A DNA stretch of 63,226 bases, counting the filler, from Octopus bimaculoides (Eukaryota), in the NCBI RefSeq assembly GCF_001194135.2. It is 6 parts of 5 records of this genome, joined end to end, with 100 filler letters (N's around TTAATTAATTAA, not from the genome) between each part and the next. Parts side by side here need not be neighbours in the genome. Positions count along the whole stretch, not along the records: positions 38,674 to 58,626 come from NC_068989.1; positions 58,727 to 63,226 come from NC_069006.1; 4 more parts are not named here. One strand, written 5' to 3'. A program made the position numbers and the translations under genes. The notes under the pieces were generated by a model. The model saw only the letters and a program-made list of their open reading frames with translations. It was not told the origin of the DNA and searched no databases. Below, one piece after another: positions 52,189 to 63,226 of the stretch; the first letter of the stretch is position 1; each line of letters starts with the position of its first letter.

Positions 52189-52274
52189 GTATTCAGTTCC
52201 CGATGCTCCATTCTCTGTCCCCAGTAAAATCACTGTCAAAGAACTGAACAGTCTTGTCAATGGATTGCTAAAAG
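52189..52274 (+). CDS. WDR12: WDR12 coding exon 2 (NLE/UBL domain)
   Basis: YSVPDAPFSVPSKITVKELNSLVNGLLK, compared with human YAVDDVPFSIP...LSNIINKLL. Confidence 0.95.
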
Positions 52275-52872
52275 GTATTCTCATTATTCAAACTTCTGTC
52301 AAGTCTTTCCCTTTATTGGCAGCAGACTGGCTGGGTTATTAGAGCATCATTTTTTGTCTTTTTTTTTTTTTTTTGACCCCCAAGGCCTCAGAAGCTCCAG
52401 TTACTTGGTTCCCATGGTGTAAGTAACTGAGATCACAATCTTTGCTTTGAATGGAATCCCAGCCCATTTCAGGGTTCAAGGCTAACAATTTTTGAGGGGA
52501 GGGAACAAATTGTTTATATTGGCCCTAGTACTTGACTAGTAGTTTATTTTATTGACTCTGAAGGGATGAAAAGTTAAGTTGACTGTGGTGGGATTTGAAC
52601 TTAGAACATAAAAAAACCAAGAGGAAATACCATTAAGCATTTTGTCCACTGTGCTAACGATTCTGCCATGAACATTTATTGATGATATTCATGTGTTGTG
52701 TATACTTTGTATTACATTGCATTTGTAATGTTTATTTGTCTGTATATATCTGTATATATATTGTCTGTATATATTTATGGATGTTTGTTTTAAAAGGTAA
52801 CCAGCCTCTGTATGTTGCTCTATAACGTGTCGTTAATGTCTTTGTTTGCTGTCTTCTGTTTCATGTTCCCAG

Positions 52873-52979
52873 AAGCCCTCACTGACACACCAAAGCTGGT
52901 TGACTTTGATTTCCTTATCAAAGGAGAATTCCTTCACACAACTCTTCTTGAGCACCTCGTTCAAAGCAATATCTCCACA
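52873..52979 (+). CDS. WDR12: WDR12 coding exon 3
   Basis: EALTDTPKLVDFDFLIKGEFLHTTLLEHLVQSNIST (compare VEFDFLIKGQFL). Donor ACA|GTAAGT. Confidence 0.95.
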
Positions 52980-53798
52980 GTAAGTAATGTATTTGTCATT
53001 CGGCTGTGACCAACACCACTGCAACCAATCACCACCACCACCATCACTGATGCAGCCACTCACATCACAACAGATACAATGATACAACCATCATCATCAC
53101 CACAAACACTACCACCATTTATGCAACCAGTAACACCACCACAGACACCACTATAAGTACATACACACACACACACACACACAGTGGGCCTCTTTCAGTT
53201 TCCATCTCCAGATGCTCTCACAAGGCTTTGATTGGCCCAGGGCTATAGTAGAAGACACTTAACTGAAGGTATCATGCAGTGGGACTGAACCTAGAACCAT
53301 CTTGTCGGATGTTGGGGAGAGAACTTCTTACCACACAGCTATACTTGCTAGTGCCACATTAAAAGTACCCAGCACACGCTGTAAAGTGGTGTTAGGAAGG
53401 GCATCCAGCTGTAGAAACCAAGCCAAATCAGACCGGAACCTGGTGCAGTTCTGCTTGCCAGCTCTGGCCAAATTGTCCAACCCTTCATGATGATGATGAT
53501 GATGATGATATACATATAGATCATCATCATTATCATACATCTTTTGTCCATGCTGGCATGGGTTGGACAGTTTGACTGGGCTGGAAAGCTGCACCGGACT
53601 CCAGCCTGATTTGGCATGGTTTTCTACGGCTGGATGTCCTTCCTAATGCCAACCACTCTGAGAGTGTAATGGGTGCTTTTACATGCCACCAGCATGGGTG
53701 CCATTTGCAATGACATCGGTATCTGTGACAACTGATTTTGCTTGGCTTGATAGGTCTTCTTCTCAAGCACGACATAATGTCAAAGGTCATTGCCTCTG

Positions 53799-53990
53799 TG
53801 AGGCCCAACACTTGAAAGGTGCTCAGCCACTTTGCTTCCATGAGGCCCAACGCTTGGAAGGAACTCAGCCATCTCAGTCCGTGAGGCCTGCTCGTAAGGA
53901 ATTCATCTACCTTGCCTTCATGAGGCCCAACACTCAAAAGGAACTCAACCACTTTGCCTCGATGATGCCCAACACTCAAAAGGAACTCAG
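53799..53990. repeat. Minisatellite of about 40 bp, about 5 units, inside a SINE-derived tract
   Basis: Units begin TGAGGCCCAACAC at about 53799, 53841, 53882, 53920 and 53962. Confidence 0.8.
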
Positions 53991-54399
53991 GAGTTTGATT
54001 TGGTATGGTTTTCTACAGCTGGATGCCTTTCCTAACATGAACCACTCCAAGAGTGTAATAGGTGCTTTTACGTGCCACTGGCGTGACACCAGTATCTGCC
54101 ACAACTATGATGTCACTTGGCTTGATAAGTCTTTTCAAGCATGGCATAATACCAAAGGTCTCGGTCATATGTCAGTGCCTCCATGAGGCCCAACACTCGA
54201 AGGTGCTTTTCGTGTAACACCTCAATGCTCAAAAGATGCCTTTTACATGCCACTGGCATGGGTGCCAGTTACGTGACACCAGCATTGGCCACTATTACGA
54301 TTTCACTTGGCTCGATGGGTCTTCTCAAGCACAGCATATTGCCAAAGGTCTTGGTCACCAATCATTGCCTCTATGAGGCCAAAAGTTCAAAGATCATGC

Positions 54400-54605
54400 T
54401 TCACTACCTCATTCCATGTCTTCCTGGGTCTATCTCTATCACAGGTTCCCTCCTCAGTTAGTGATCAGCACTTCTTTACACAACTGTCCTCATCCATATG
54501 CATCACATGACCATACCATACTTGCACACCACATCTGATGCCTCTTATGTCCAACTTTCCTCTCAAGATGTTTACACTCTCTCATACATGCACACTGACA
54601 TTGCA
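54400..54605 (-). mobile_element. RTE LINE C-terminal fragment
   Basis: MCNVSVH...LRGKLDIRGIRCGVQ..WYGHVMHMDEDSCVKKC. Confidence 0.8.
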
Positions 54606-54664
54606 CAAGTGTATTTTCCTGTATAAAATTTACAGTTCAACTATACAATTTTTTTAATTTTCAG

Positions 54665-54771
54665 GAAGATGTTATTGAAGTAGAATACCTCGAGAGACAC
54701 CCAGCACCCCAGCCTGAAGATTCCCTTGTCCATGATGACTGGGTCAGCTGTATCCATGGAGGGAAACAATA
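54665..54771 (+). CDS. WDR12: WDR12 coding exon 4
   Basis: [35 protein letters not shown](Y), compared with [30 protein letters not shown]. Confidence 0.96.
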
Positions 54772-56079
54772 GTAAGTTACTCCCTACATGCTCTTCCTCC
54801 TCTTCTCACTCTGTGATCCTTTTATTTTTTTTCCTGGTTCTGTCCTTCACACCAGTGGTTCTCAAACAGTTTTTACCTTTTGACCCTTTTTGATTCCAAT
54901 TTTACTCCAGTGGACCCCCATCAATAGTTATTCAATGTTTTAAAAACATTTACTTTATTTTTATAATTAAAGCTGTTTTTCTCATGGCCAGACATGTTTC
55001 ACAGAAGATTGGGAATGAAGGTCACTGCTCGAATGACAATAACACTTGCTTACAACTATCACACAATGTCAAAGCAAGGAGACACTAACACACACACAAA
55101 TAGGGCTTCTTTTGGTTGGCCTGAGGATATAGTAGAAGACACTTGCCCAAAGTGTCACACTGTGGGATTGAAACTGAAACCCTATAGTTGGGAAGCAGTC
55201 TTCTTTACCATACAGCCACGTTTGCCATAGAAATACATTCAAGCATGGTCGATGCCAGTCCCTCCAGACTGGCTCCTGTACTGGTGGCACATAAAATACA
55301 CCATACCAATGTGGTCGATGCCAGTGCCATCTGACTGGCTCCCATGCTGGTGGCACGTAAAAAACACCATTTGAGCATGGTTGATGCCAGTACCGCCTGA
55401 CTGGCTCCTGTGCTGGTGGCACATAAAAAGCATCATTCGAGCGTGGTCATTGCCAGTGCCGCCTGACTGGCTCCCATACCAGTGCCGCCTGAATGGCTCT
55501 CAAGCTGGTGGTACATAAAAAGCATCATTCGAGCGTAGTTGTTTCCAGTGCCGCCTGACTGGCTCCCGTGCAGGTGGCATTCAAACGTGGTCAATGCTAG
55601 TACTGCCTGACTGGCCCCTGTGCCGGTGGCATGTAAAAAGCACCCACTACACTCAGTGGTTGGCGTTAGGAAGGGCATCCAGCTGTAGAAACTTTGCTAG
55701 ATTGGATTGAGTTTGGTGCAGCCTTCTGGCTTGCCAGTCCTCAGTCAAACTGTCCAATTCATGCCATCATGGAAAGTGGACATTAAATGATGATGATCTG
55801 AATTTATTAGTCAACGTAAGGCCATGGTTAGAAGTCACACTCCCTATAACCTTGTAGTGCTTGACAAAGCTTTATATGTAGTTGTTCTACTTGATGTAGC
55901 TCTATGTATCCTTGTAGCATTGAAAAGTTCTATGGAACCGTTTGATGATGACATAGCTCTGTAGATCTTGTGGTAGTTCACACAGCCCTATATAATTTGT
56001 GCTACGTGAAGAATTAACATTTAATTTATATCTTCGCATTTTTGTTGCTTATTTTTATAATATTTTCTTTTACCTTCAG

Positions 56080-56195
56080 TATATTATCAGGTTGCTATGA
56101 CAACACTATTCATATTTGGAACAAAGAGGGTGTCAACTTAAAGACAATATCTGGACACACAGCACCGGTTTTGTGTGTGTCTTGGATAAAACATG
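56080..56195 (+). CDS. WDR12: WDR12 coding exon 5 (WD40)
   Basis: [38 protein letters not shown]. Confidence 0.96.
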
Positions 56196-57506
56196 GTAAG
56201 TCTTTTAAATGTATTCTATAATTAAGGATGTTTCTTGAGTTGCCGGTTTAGTGCCTTTTACTAGTATCAGCACAAAAATTCTTTGTTTATGCCCCTGCGT
56301 ATTTTTACTTTGCTCTCACACTTCTCGTTTTACCACAAGTAAATGCTGATGTGGAGAGAGTATTTAGCCATAGCCAGCCCACTTATGCGTACCTTTCCTT
56401 CTTTGGACACAAAACCCTTCTTGCGAAGACCTGTTGAGGCAAGTGAAATCGAAATCAAAAATTGAACCAAATTCGTTGACTGGCACCCATGCCAACCTTC
56501 CTTCATTGGGCACTAAACTCAGCTTGCGAAGACCTGTTGGGGCAAGTGAGATTGAGACTGGACCAAATTCGATGACTGGCACCTGTACCAGTGGAGCACT
56601 AACAGCACCATCTGAGCGGGATCACTGCCAGAGCAGCGGTCTCGCTTCCGTACCAGTGGCATGTAAAAAGCATCGTTTCCAGCTTTGCCTTACTGGCACT
56701 TGTGCCGGTGGCATGGGGACAAAACATTGGACTGACTCCTGTGCAGGTGGCACGTAAAAAACACCATTTGAGCGTAGCCGTTGCCAGTACCACTTGACTA
56801 GCCTTTGTGCCGGTGGCACCTAAAAGCACCCACTACACTCTCGGAGTGGTTTGCATTTGGAAGGGCATCCAGCTGTAGAAACTCTGCCAGATCAGATTGG
56901 AGTCTGGTGTAGCCATCTGGTTTCGCCAGTCCTCAGTCAAATCGTCCAACCCATGCTAGCATGGAAGGCGGACGTTAAATGATTAGTGCCTTTTAACTAT
57001 TGAAATGGTCATTTTTTTTATTTTAGTGTCTGTTTTCCATGCTGTCATGGATTTTATAAGAGCTGCACCAGGTTCCATTGTTTGTTTTGGCTTGGTTTCT
57101 ACGGCTGGATGCCCTTCCTAATGTCAACCACTTTACAAAGTGTACTGGGTGCTTTTTACATGGTACCAGCACTGACAGAGTCACCAAGTATCTTGCAAGA
57201 CAAAATCCCCTCGGCTGGGAGTGGTGATGATAGGCTTTGTGCCAGTTGAAATATAAAAGATATAGAGGGGACAGAAATAATGCTTTTTTTAAATTTTGAC
57301 TTAGCAACTCTGGCTGTTACACTGATTGCATATGCTTGTGAGGTATTTGTGGGTTAACAGACGGAGAAAGAGAGCAAGTGTAGGGTCGGATGGGGTGGTA
57401 GTATTACTTTGTTGTTTGATATTTACATTGATTTCTTGTTTCTTCTTCCATGTTTTTCCTGGTTTTGGCTGAAATTCTAACAAACTACAAAACTACATTA
57501 AAAAAG

Positions 57507-57664
57507 ACGAAAGTCCTGTCTGTGAATTTGTCACTGGATCCCATGACCAAACACTGCTACTGTGGCAGTGGAATCCCAAAACCAAAGAAGTGAAATGCAA
57601 TTATGTGTGTCGTGGTCATTCGGCCAGTGTGGATTGTGTGGCAGTGGACCACACCAAAACAAGG
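57507..57664 (+). CDS. WDR12: WDR12 coding exon 6 (WD40)
   Basis: (D)ESPVCEFVTGSHDQTLLLWQWNPKTKEVKCNYVCRGHSASVDCVAVDHTKTR. The only in-frame acceptor is AAAAAAG at 57500-57506. Donor AGG|GTAAGT. Confidence 0.93.
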
Positions 57665-58261
57665 GTAAGTTCAGATGGCTTTTACTAGATTTATCCCTCT
57701 GGGGCCTCACTGAATATTGTCTGGTTGACTAAAATAGATTTTGGAGTAAGGATTATATAATAAATGGTGGCTAGCAAGAATAGGAGCAACGATGAGGATG
57801 CTGCCACTGTTACTGTTGTTTAGCCCTTGGTCAGACCTGATCAAGCAGACATAGTTAAAGGCATTCTAGCTTTGAGCATCTCGTCTCTTTTCTGGACATA
57901 TATGCCAACATGGTTGTGTGGTTAAGAAGGTTGCTTCCTAATCATGTAGTCTTTAGTTTCAGTTCCACTGTGTGGCACTTTTGGCATGCGTCTTCTACTC
58001 TAGCCTTAGGTCAACCAAAGCCTTGTGAGTGAATTTGGTAAATGGAGACTAAAAAGAAGCCCATCATATGTGTATGTGTGTGTGTTTGTGTACCCTTGTC
58101 TATACATCATGTAGTGGTTGTAAATGAGCATCACTGTCATACAAGCAGGGTTGTTCTCCTTAAGGTCCACTGGTGTTCCTCGTATTATTGTCAATGTAAA
58201 CCTCAACCACCACCACAACTAATCTAGGTATTTCATTTCATTTCTTTTTGGTATCTTGTAG

Positions 58262-58307
58262 ATCTGCAGTGGTTCCTGGGACAATATGCTGAAAATCTGG
58301 TCTACAG
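58262..58307 (+). CDS. WDR12: WDR12 coding exon 7; the gene is incomplete beyond this point in the window
   Basis: ICSGSWDNMLKIWST (compare FCSGSWDKMLKIWST). No later exon was recognised, and a spacer follows at 58627. Confidence 0.95.
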
Positions 58308-59215
58308 GTTAGTAATGAATGTTTTATTGTGAGTGGATTTGGTAGATGGAAAATGAGAGAAGCCTTTCCTGTATATATGTATGGATAGTATGAGTTTGCG
58401 TTCTTGAGCTACTTGTAAGCAAATGTCACTGTCATATAAGCAGGGTCGTTTCTGTGAAAAAAGTGCAGTCATTGAGTTGTGTCCTCTGCCTTGCTAGTAA
58501 AGGTGGGCAACAAGAGTGATATTTGGCAATGTAAAATCTGCCTTGAGGAATTTTGTCTCATCTCTGTAATTATGGAAAAGTGATAAAGCAAAGATTTTAG
58601 CATTATCATCATCATTTGACATCCATNNNNNNNNNNNNNNNNNNNNNNNNNNNNNNNNNNNNNNNNNNNNTTAATTAATTAANNNNNNNNNNNNNNNNNN
58701 NNNNNNNNNNNNNNNNNNNNNNNNNNATATATATAATATACAAGAATAAAGGTAGGGAATCGTCAATTAATATGATATATATATATATATGTATATTCAT
58801 GTAGGTGAAAAGGAATACAAACTAAATGCTGATGCATCTCACACCATCTATCACATCCTCAATGTTCTGTTGCATTCAAGTTTGCAGTGCTTAAAGGGTG
58901 TCTGCATCTGCTAATTACTCTGTAGACACTTCAAGCAATTAGCCAAGCCTGTTTCATACCACCAACTCATACTGGTTGGTAAGTGTTTAGAGATGTGCGT
59001 GCCAGGCAAGTGATCTTATCTGAGGCCTTGTGTTGCAAGTGAAAACAAGTGCAGCCTGTAAGGTACACATTGACCATTGAAGAACACACAAAACCTGTTA
59101 ACTTCACTTAAATATTTATTGTTTGGGTAAAGCTGAGAAAACGTAACAAAACTGTCTGACGAACAGTTACACGAAACTGTAAGGGTTTGTGAAGCTATTT
59201 TTGGCTTTAATGAAA

Positions 59216-59218
<3 letters not shown>

Positions 59219-59256
<38 letters not shown>

Positions 59257-59928
59257 GATACGTGTGTGTGTGTGTGCATGTGTGTGTGTATGTGTGTGTA
59301 TGTGTGCATGCATGTGTGTATGAGTGTGCATGTGTGTATGTGAGTGTGTGTATGTACATGTGTGTGTATGCATGTGTGCATGTCTGTGTGTGCAAGTGTG
59401 TGTGTGTGTGTGTGCATATGTGTGTGTATGTGAGTGTGTGCGTGCATGTGAGTGTGTGTGTAAATGCGTGCGTGTGTGTGCGTGTGTATATGAGTGTGTA
59501 TGTGTGTATGTGAGTGTGTGTATGTACATGTGTCTGTGTGTATGCATGTGTGTGAGTGTGTGTGTGTATGTGAGTGTGTGTGTATGTACATGTGTCTGTG
59601 NNNNNNNNNNGTGTGTATGTGAGTGTGTGTGTATGTACATGTGTCTGTGTGTATGCATGTCTGTGTGTGCAAGTGTGAGTGTGTGTGTGTGTGCATATGT
59701 GCGTGCATGTGAGTGTGTGTGTAAATGCGTGTGTGTGTATGAGTGTATGTGAGTGTGTGTATGTACATGTGTCTGTGTGTATGCATGTGTGTGAGGGTGT
59801 GTGTGTATGTGAGTGTGTGCGTGTGCATGTGTCTGCATGTGTGTGTGAGTGTGTGTGAGTGTGTGTGTGTGTGCATGTGTGTGTGTGTGAGTGTGTGTGT
59901 GTGTGCATGTGTGTGTGAAGGTGTGCAG
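59219..59928. repeat. Compound (GT)n array with a recurring higher-order unit of about 50-60 bp
   Basis: Recurring GTGTATGTGAGTGTGTGTATGTACATGTGTCTGTGTGTATGCATGT. Confidence 0.9.
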
Positions 59929-60894
59929 NNNNNNNNNNNNNNNNNNNNNNNNNNNNNNNNNNNNNNNNNNNNNNNNNNNNNNNNNNNNNNNNNNNNNNNN
60001 NNNNNNNNNNNNNNNNNNNNNNNNNNNNNNNNNNNNNNNNNNNNNNNNNNNNNNNNNNNNNNNNNNNNNNNNNNNNNNNNNNNNNNNNNNNNNNNNNNNN
60101 NNNNNNNNNNNNNNNNNNNNNNNNNNNNNNNNNNNNNNNNNNNNNNNNNNNNNNNNNNNNNNNNNNNNNNNNNNNNNNNNNNNNNNNNNNNNNNNNNNNN
60201 NNNNNNNNNNNNNNNNNNNNNNNNNNNNNNNNNNNNNNNNNNNNNNNNNNNNNNNNNNNNNNNNNNNNNNNNNNNNNNNNNNNNNNNNNNNNNNNNNNNN
60301 NNNNNNNNNNNNNNNNNNNNNNNNNNNNNNNNNNNNNNNNNNNNNNNNNNNNNNNNNNNNNNNNNNNNNNNNNNNNNNNNNNNNNNNNNNNNNNNNNNNN
60401 NNNNNNNNNNNNNNNNNNNNNNNNNNNNNNNNNNNNNNNNNNNNNNNNNNNNNNNNNNNNNNNNNNNNNNNNNNNNNNNNNNNNNNNNNNNNNNNNNNNN
60501 NNNNNNNNNNNNNNNNNNNNNNNNNTCGAAACAAATTGTTATTATTATTTTGGTTTGACTCATGTTTGGTCTTATTCCTAGCGTGTTACAATCTGTCACC
60601 TGAGGTATCCACAAGTTTTCAGCAGTCTTTTATCATCATCGTCATTTAACGTCTGTTTTCCATGCTGGCTTGGGTTGGATGGTTTGACTGAGGACTGGCA
60701 AGCCAGGAGGCTGCACCAGGCTCCAATCTGATCTGGCAAAGTTTCTACAGTGGGATGCCCTTCCTAACACCAACCACTGCGAGAGTGTAGTGGGTGCTTT
60801 TTACGTGCCACTGGCATGAGGACCAGTCAGGCAGCACTGGCATTGGCCATGCTCAAATGGTGCTTTATGTGCCTCCAGCATGGGAACCAGTCAG

Positions 60895-62620
60895 GCAGTG
60901 CTTAAAACCCTCCTGAAAATCCTTGCGTCCCTTAAGAGACAAACTTTCTGTAGGAGCTCTACTTGGCATTCTTTTCCAATCTCCTCAGCCATTTGTCTAT
61001 ATCTTGGCTTACAGTTCCCAATACACCAATTATTATAGGCACAACCATTACTGTTTGCATTTTCCATATTCTTCAGATTTCAAACTTTAAGGGAAACAAT
61101 TGTTTTTTAATTATTATGATTTTTATTTCAGTTTGGCTCAGGTTCAGTCTTATTTCTGGTAGGAATCATGTGGATAGCGGGTTACTACCTGTAACCTTAG
61201 GTATCCATGAATTTTCAGCAGTCTTTGAAGTGCTTAGAATCCTCCTGATAATCCTTGTGGTCCCTAAGAAACAAACTTTCTGTAGGAACTCTACCGGGCA
61301 TTCTATTCCAATCTCCTTCAGCCATTTATCTACATCTTGGCTTACAGTTCCCAATGCACCAATTATTACAGGCACAACCTTTACTTTTCACATTTTCCAG
61401 ATTCTTCTTATTTCAAATTTTAAGGGATTGTATTTTCTTTCTTTTTCTTCCTCTTTCTTTATGATCCAGGAATCAAACAAGCATGATGAGTCAATAATTA
61501 AGGAACTTTGCTTTTCCTTATCTTACCTTAATTACTATTATTATTATTATTATTAATATTATTCAGTAGTCTTATTTTTATCATATGCCTTCACTGCACT
61601 ACCGAGTGCAGCTCTGTGTGCCTTGGGTATATGATGTGGTTTGCTGTGGTGCTCTTATTTTCACTGTATTGTGTTTTATGTAGGATGTGTGCGGTGCCTA
61701 GTAGAGCTATTTTCTGTGTGTTATATATACTTGTTAGTCCTGGTAATGTTTTTTTTATCATGCCTAATGCACCTTACTATGACAGGAATTGTTTCTATTT
61801 TTAGGCTTCACATTCAAGTTACCTCTATTTCCAAGACTTTGTATTTTGAAAGTTTCTCCATTTCTTTTAGAGAAACATTGTCATCGGCTGGTATTGACAT
61901 GTCGACTATTATTATTATCATTCAGTAGTTTTATTTTTATAACGTGCTTTCACTTCACCTCCGAGCACAGCTCTGTGTGCCTTGGGTATGTGCTGTGGTT
62001 TGCTGTGATGCTCTCATGGTTACTGTATTGAAAGTGTTTTGTGTAGGATGTGTGCAGTGCCCAGTAGTGCAATTTTCTGTATGTTATATATACTTGTAAG
62101 TCCTGGTGTTTTTGTTATGTATTTGTCTGAATATTTTTTTATTATACTAAATGCACCTACTATGATAGGAATTGTTTTTGTTTTTAGATTCCACATTCGA
62201 GTTACCTCTATTTCCAGGTCTTTGTATTTTGAAAGTTTCTCCACTTCTTTTAGGGAAACGTTGTCATCTGCTGGTATTGATACATCAATTAAAAAGCATT
62301 TTTTTTTCTTCATGATCTTTGACAACTATATCTGGCCTATTGGCCTTAATTTCTCTGTGTGTATTGGTATATCCCAGAGTATGGTTGCTTTCTTGTTTTC
62401 TGTGACCTTTTCTGGCGTGTGCCCATACCATCTTTTTCTGTTGTTATTCCATAGCGTTGGCATAGCTTATTATTATTATATGTTTGACTTTTGTTATGTA
62501 TTTGTACAAGTTGGTTCCAAGTCTCACCCAGAGACCCCAAGAGACAACAAGTTAGAAGTTCATGTTGGTGTTATACCCAGGGTGTTATATGTTTGGTTTT
62601 GCACATAGTATTGTTCTAGA
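60895..62620 (-). mobile_element. Stack of four R4/Dong-like RLE 3' fragments from two subfamilies
   Basis: Two copies of PVIIGALGTVS...LQKVCFLGTTRIIR (about 60895-61090 and 61190-61450). Two copies of (RPDIVVKDH..)LIDVSIPADDNVSLKEVEKLSKYKDLEIE...LLGTAHIL (about 61555-61900 and 61915-62620), which include the PD-(D/E)xK motif. Confidence 0.9.
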
Positions 62621-62912
62621 GAATGTTTAAGATAACATAAGAAAATTATGAATCTGTTTTAATTTAATTTCTAAAGCAGCAAGCTGGCAAAATTATTTCT
62701 TCACCAGAAAAATGCTTAGCAACATTTCATTCATCTTTCTGTTCTAATTTCAAATGCTGCTGAGGTTGACTTATCCGTTCATCCTTTCTGGGTCAATGAA
62801 ATAAGTACCAGCTGGAAAGTAGGGTCAATGTAATCAACTTTCCCCCACTCCCTGAAATTGCTGGCCTTGTGCCAAAATTTAAAACCATTATTATTATCAT
62901 TATTATTATTAC

Positions 62913-62948
<36 letters not shown>

Positions 62949-63226
62949 GGCAGTGAGCTGGCAGAACGGTTAGCATGCTGGGCAAAATGCTTAGCAGCAT
63001 TTCATCCATCTTTACATTCTGAGTTCAAATTCCACCAAGGTCGACTTTGCTTTTCGTCCTTTCTGGGTCGATAAAATAAATACCAGTTAAGTACTGGCGT
63101 TGATGTATTCGACTCATCCCCTCCCCCGAAATTGCTAGTCTTGTGCCAAAATTTGAAATCATTAGCATGCTGGACGAACTGCTTAACAGTATTTTGTTCA
63201 TCGCTACGTTTTGAGTTCAAATTCCC

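Noticed and set aside
52275-52285. WDR12 intron 2 donor GTATTCTC as a possible U12-type site
   Set aside because: It does not match GTATCCTT and there is no U12 branch consensus near the acceptor; treated as an ordinary U2 intron.

Overview
AT-rich, microsatellite-dense animal genomic DNA. The repeat families look like those of a coleoid cephalopod, most likely Octopus (inferred from memory of those families, not from a search). It is a draft assembly with many N gaps, including five identical 100-bp spacers (N44-TTAATTAATTAA-N44) that split the window into six blocks whose order and orientation are not guaranteed. Host coding content I can support is: the first seven coding exons of WDR12 (+, 49899-58307, frame and splice phases consistent throughout); three internal exons of trichoplein/TCHP (+, 34486-38263); and one orphan minus-strand exon (22345-22459) encoding a near-consensus BH3 helix (LGRDLRRLADAF) of an unidentified Bcl-2-family or BH3-only gene. 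The rest is mostly decayed transposons (Tigger/pogo, mariner, Tc1, maT-like, Helitron, RTE and R4/Dong-like LINEs, piggyBac-like MITEs, three SINE families) and simple repeats. Nearly all ORFs in the supplied track are repeat or gap artefacts. The most interesting signals are: Penelope-type minimal hammerhead ribozyme motifs in two fold-back structures (1592-2485 and 41521-41860, the second downstream of a Pol III-type tRNA head); the BH3 exon; a pyrimidine-poor splice acceptor in WDR12 with a perfect branch point; and an exact 66-bp templated insertion inside a SINE.
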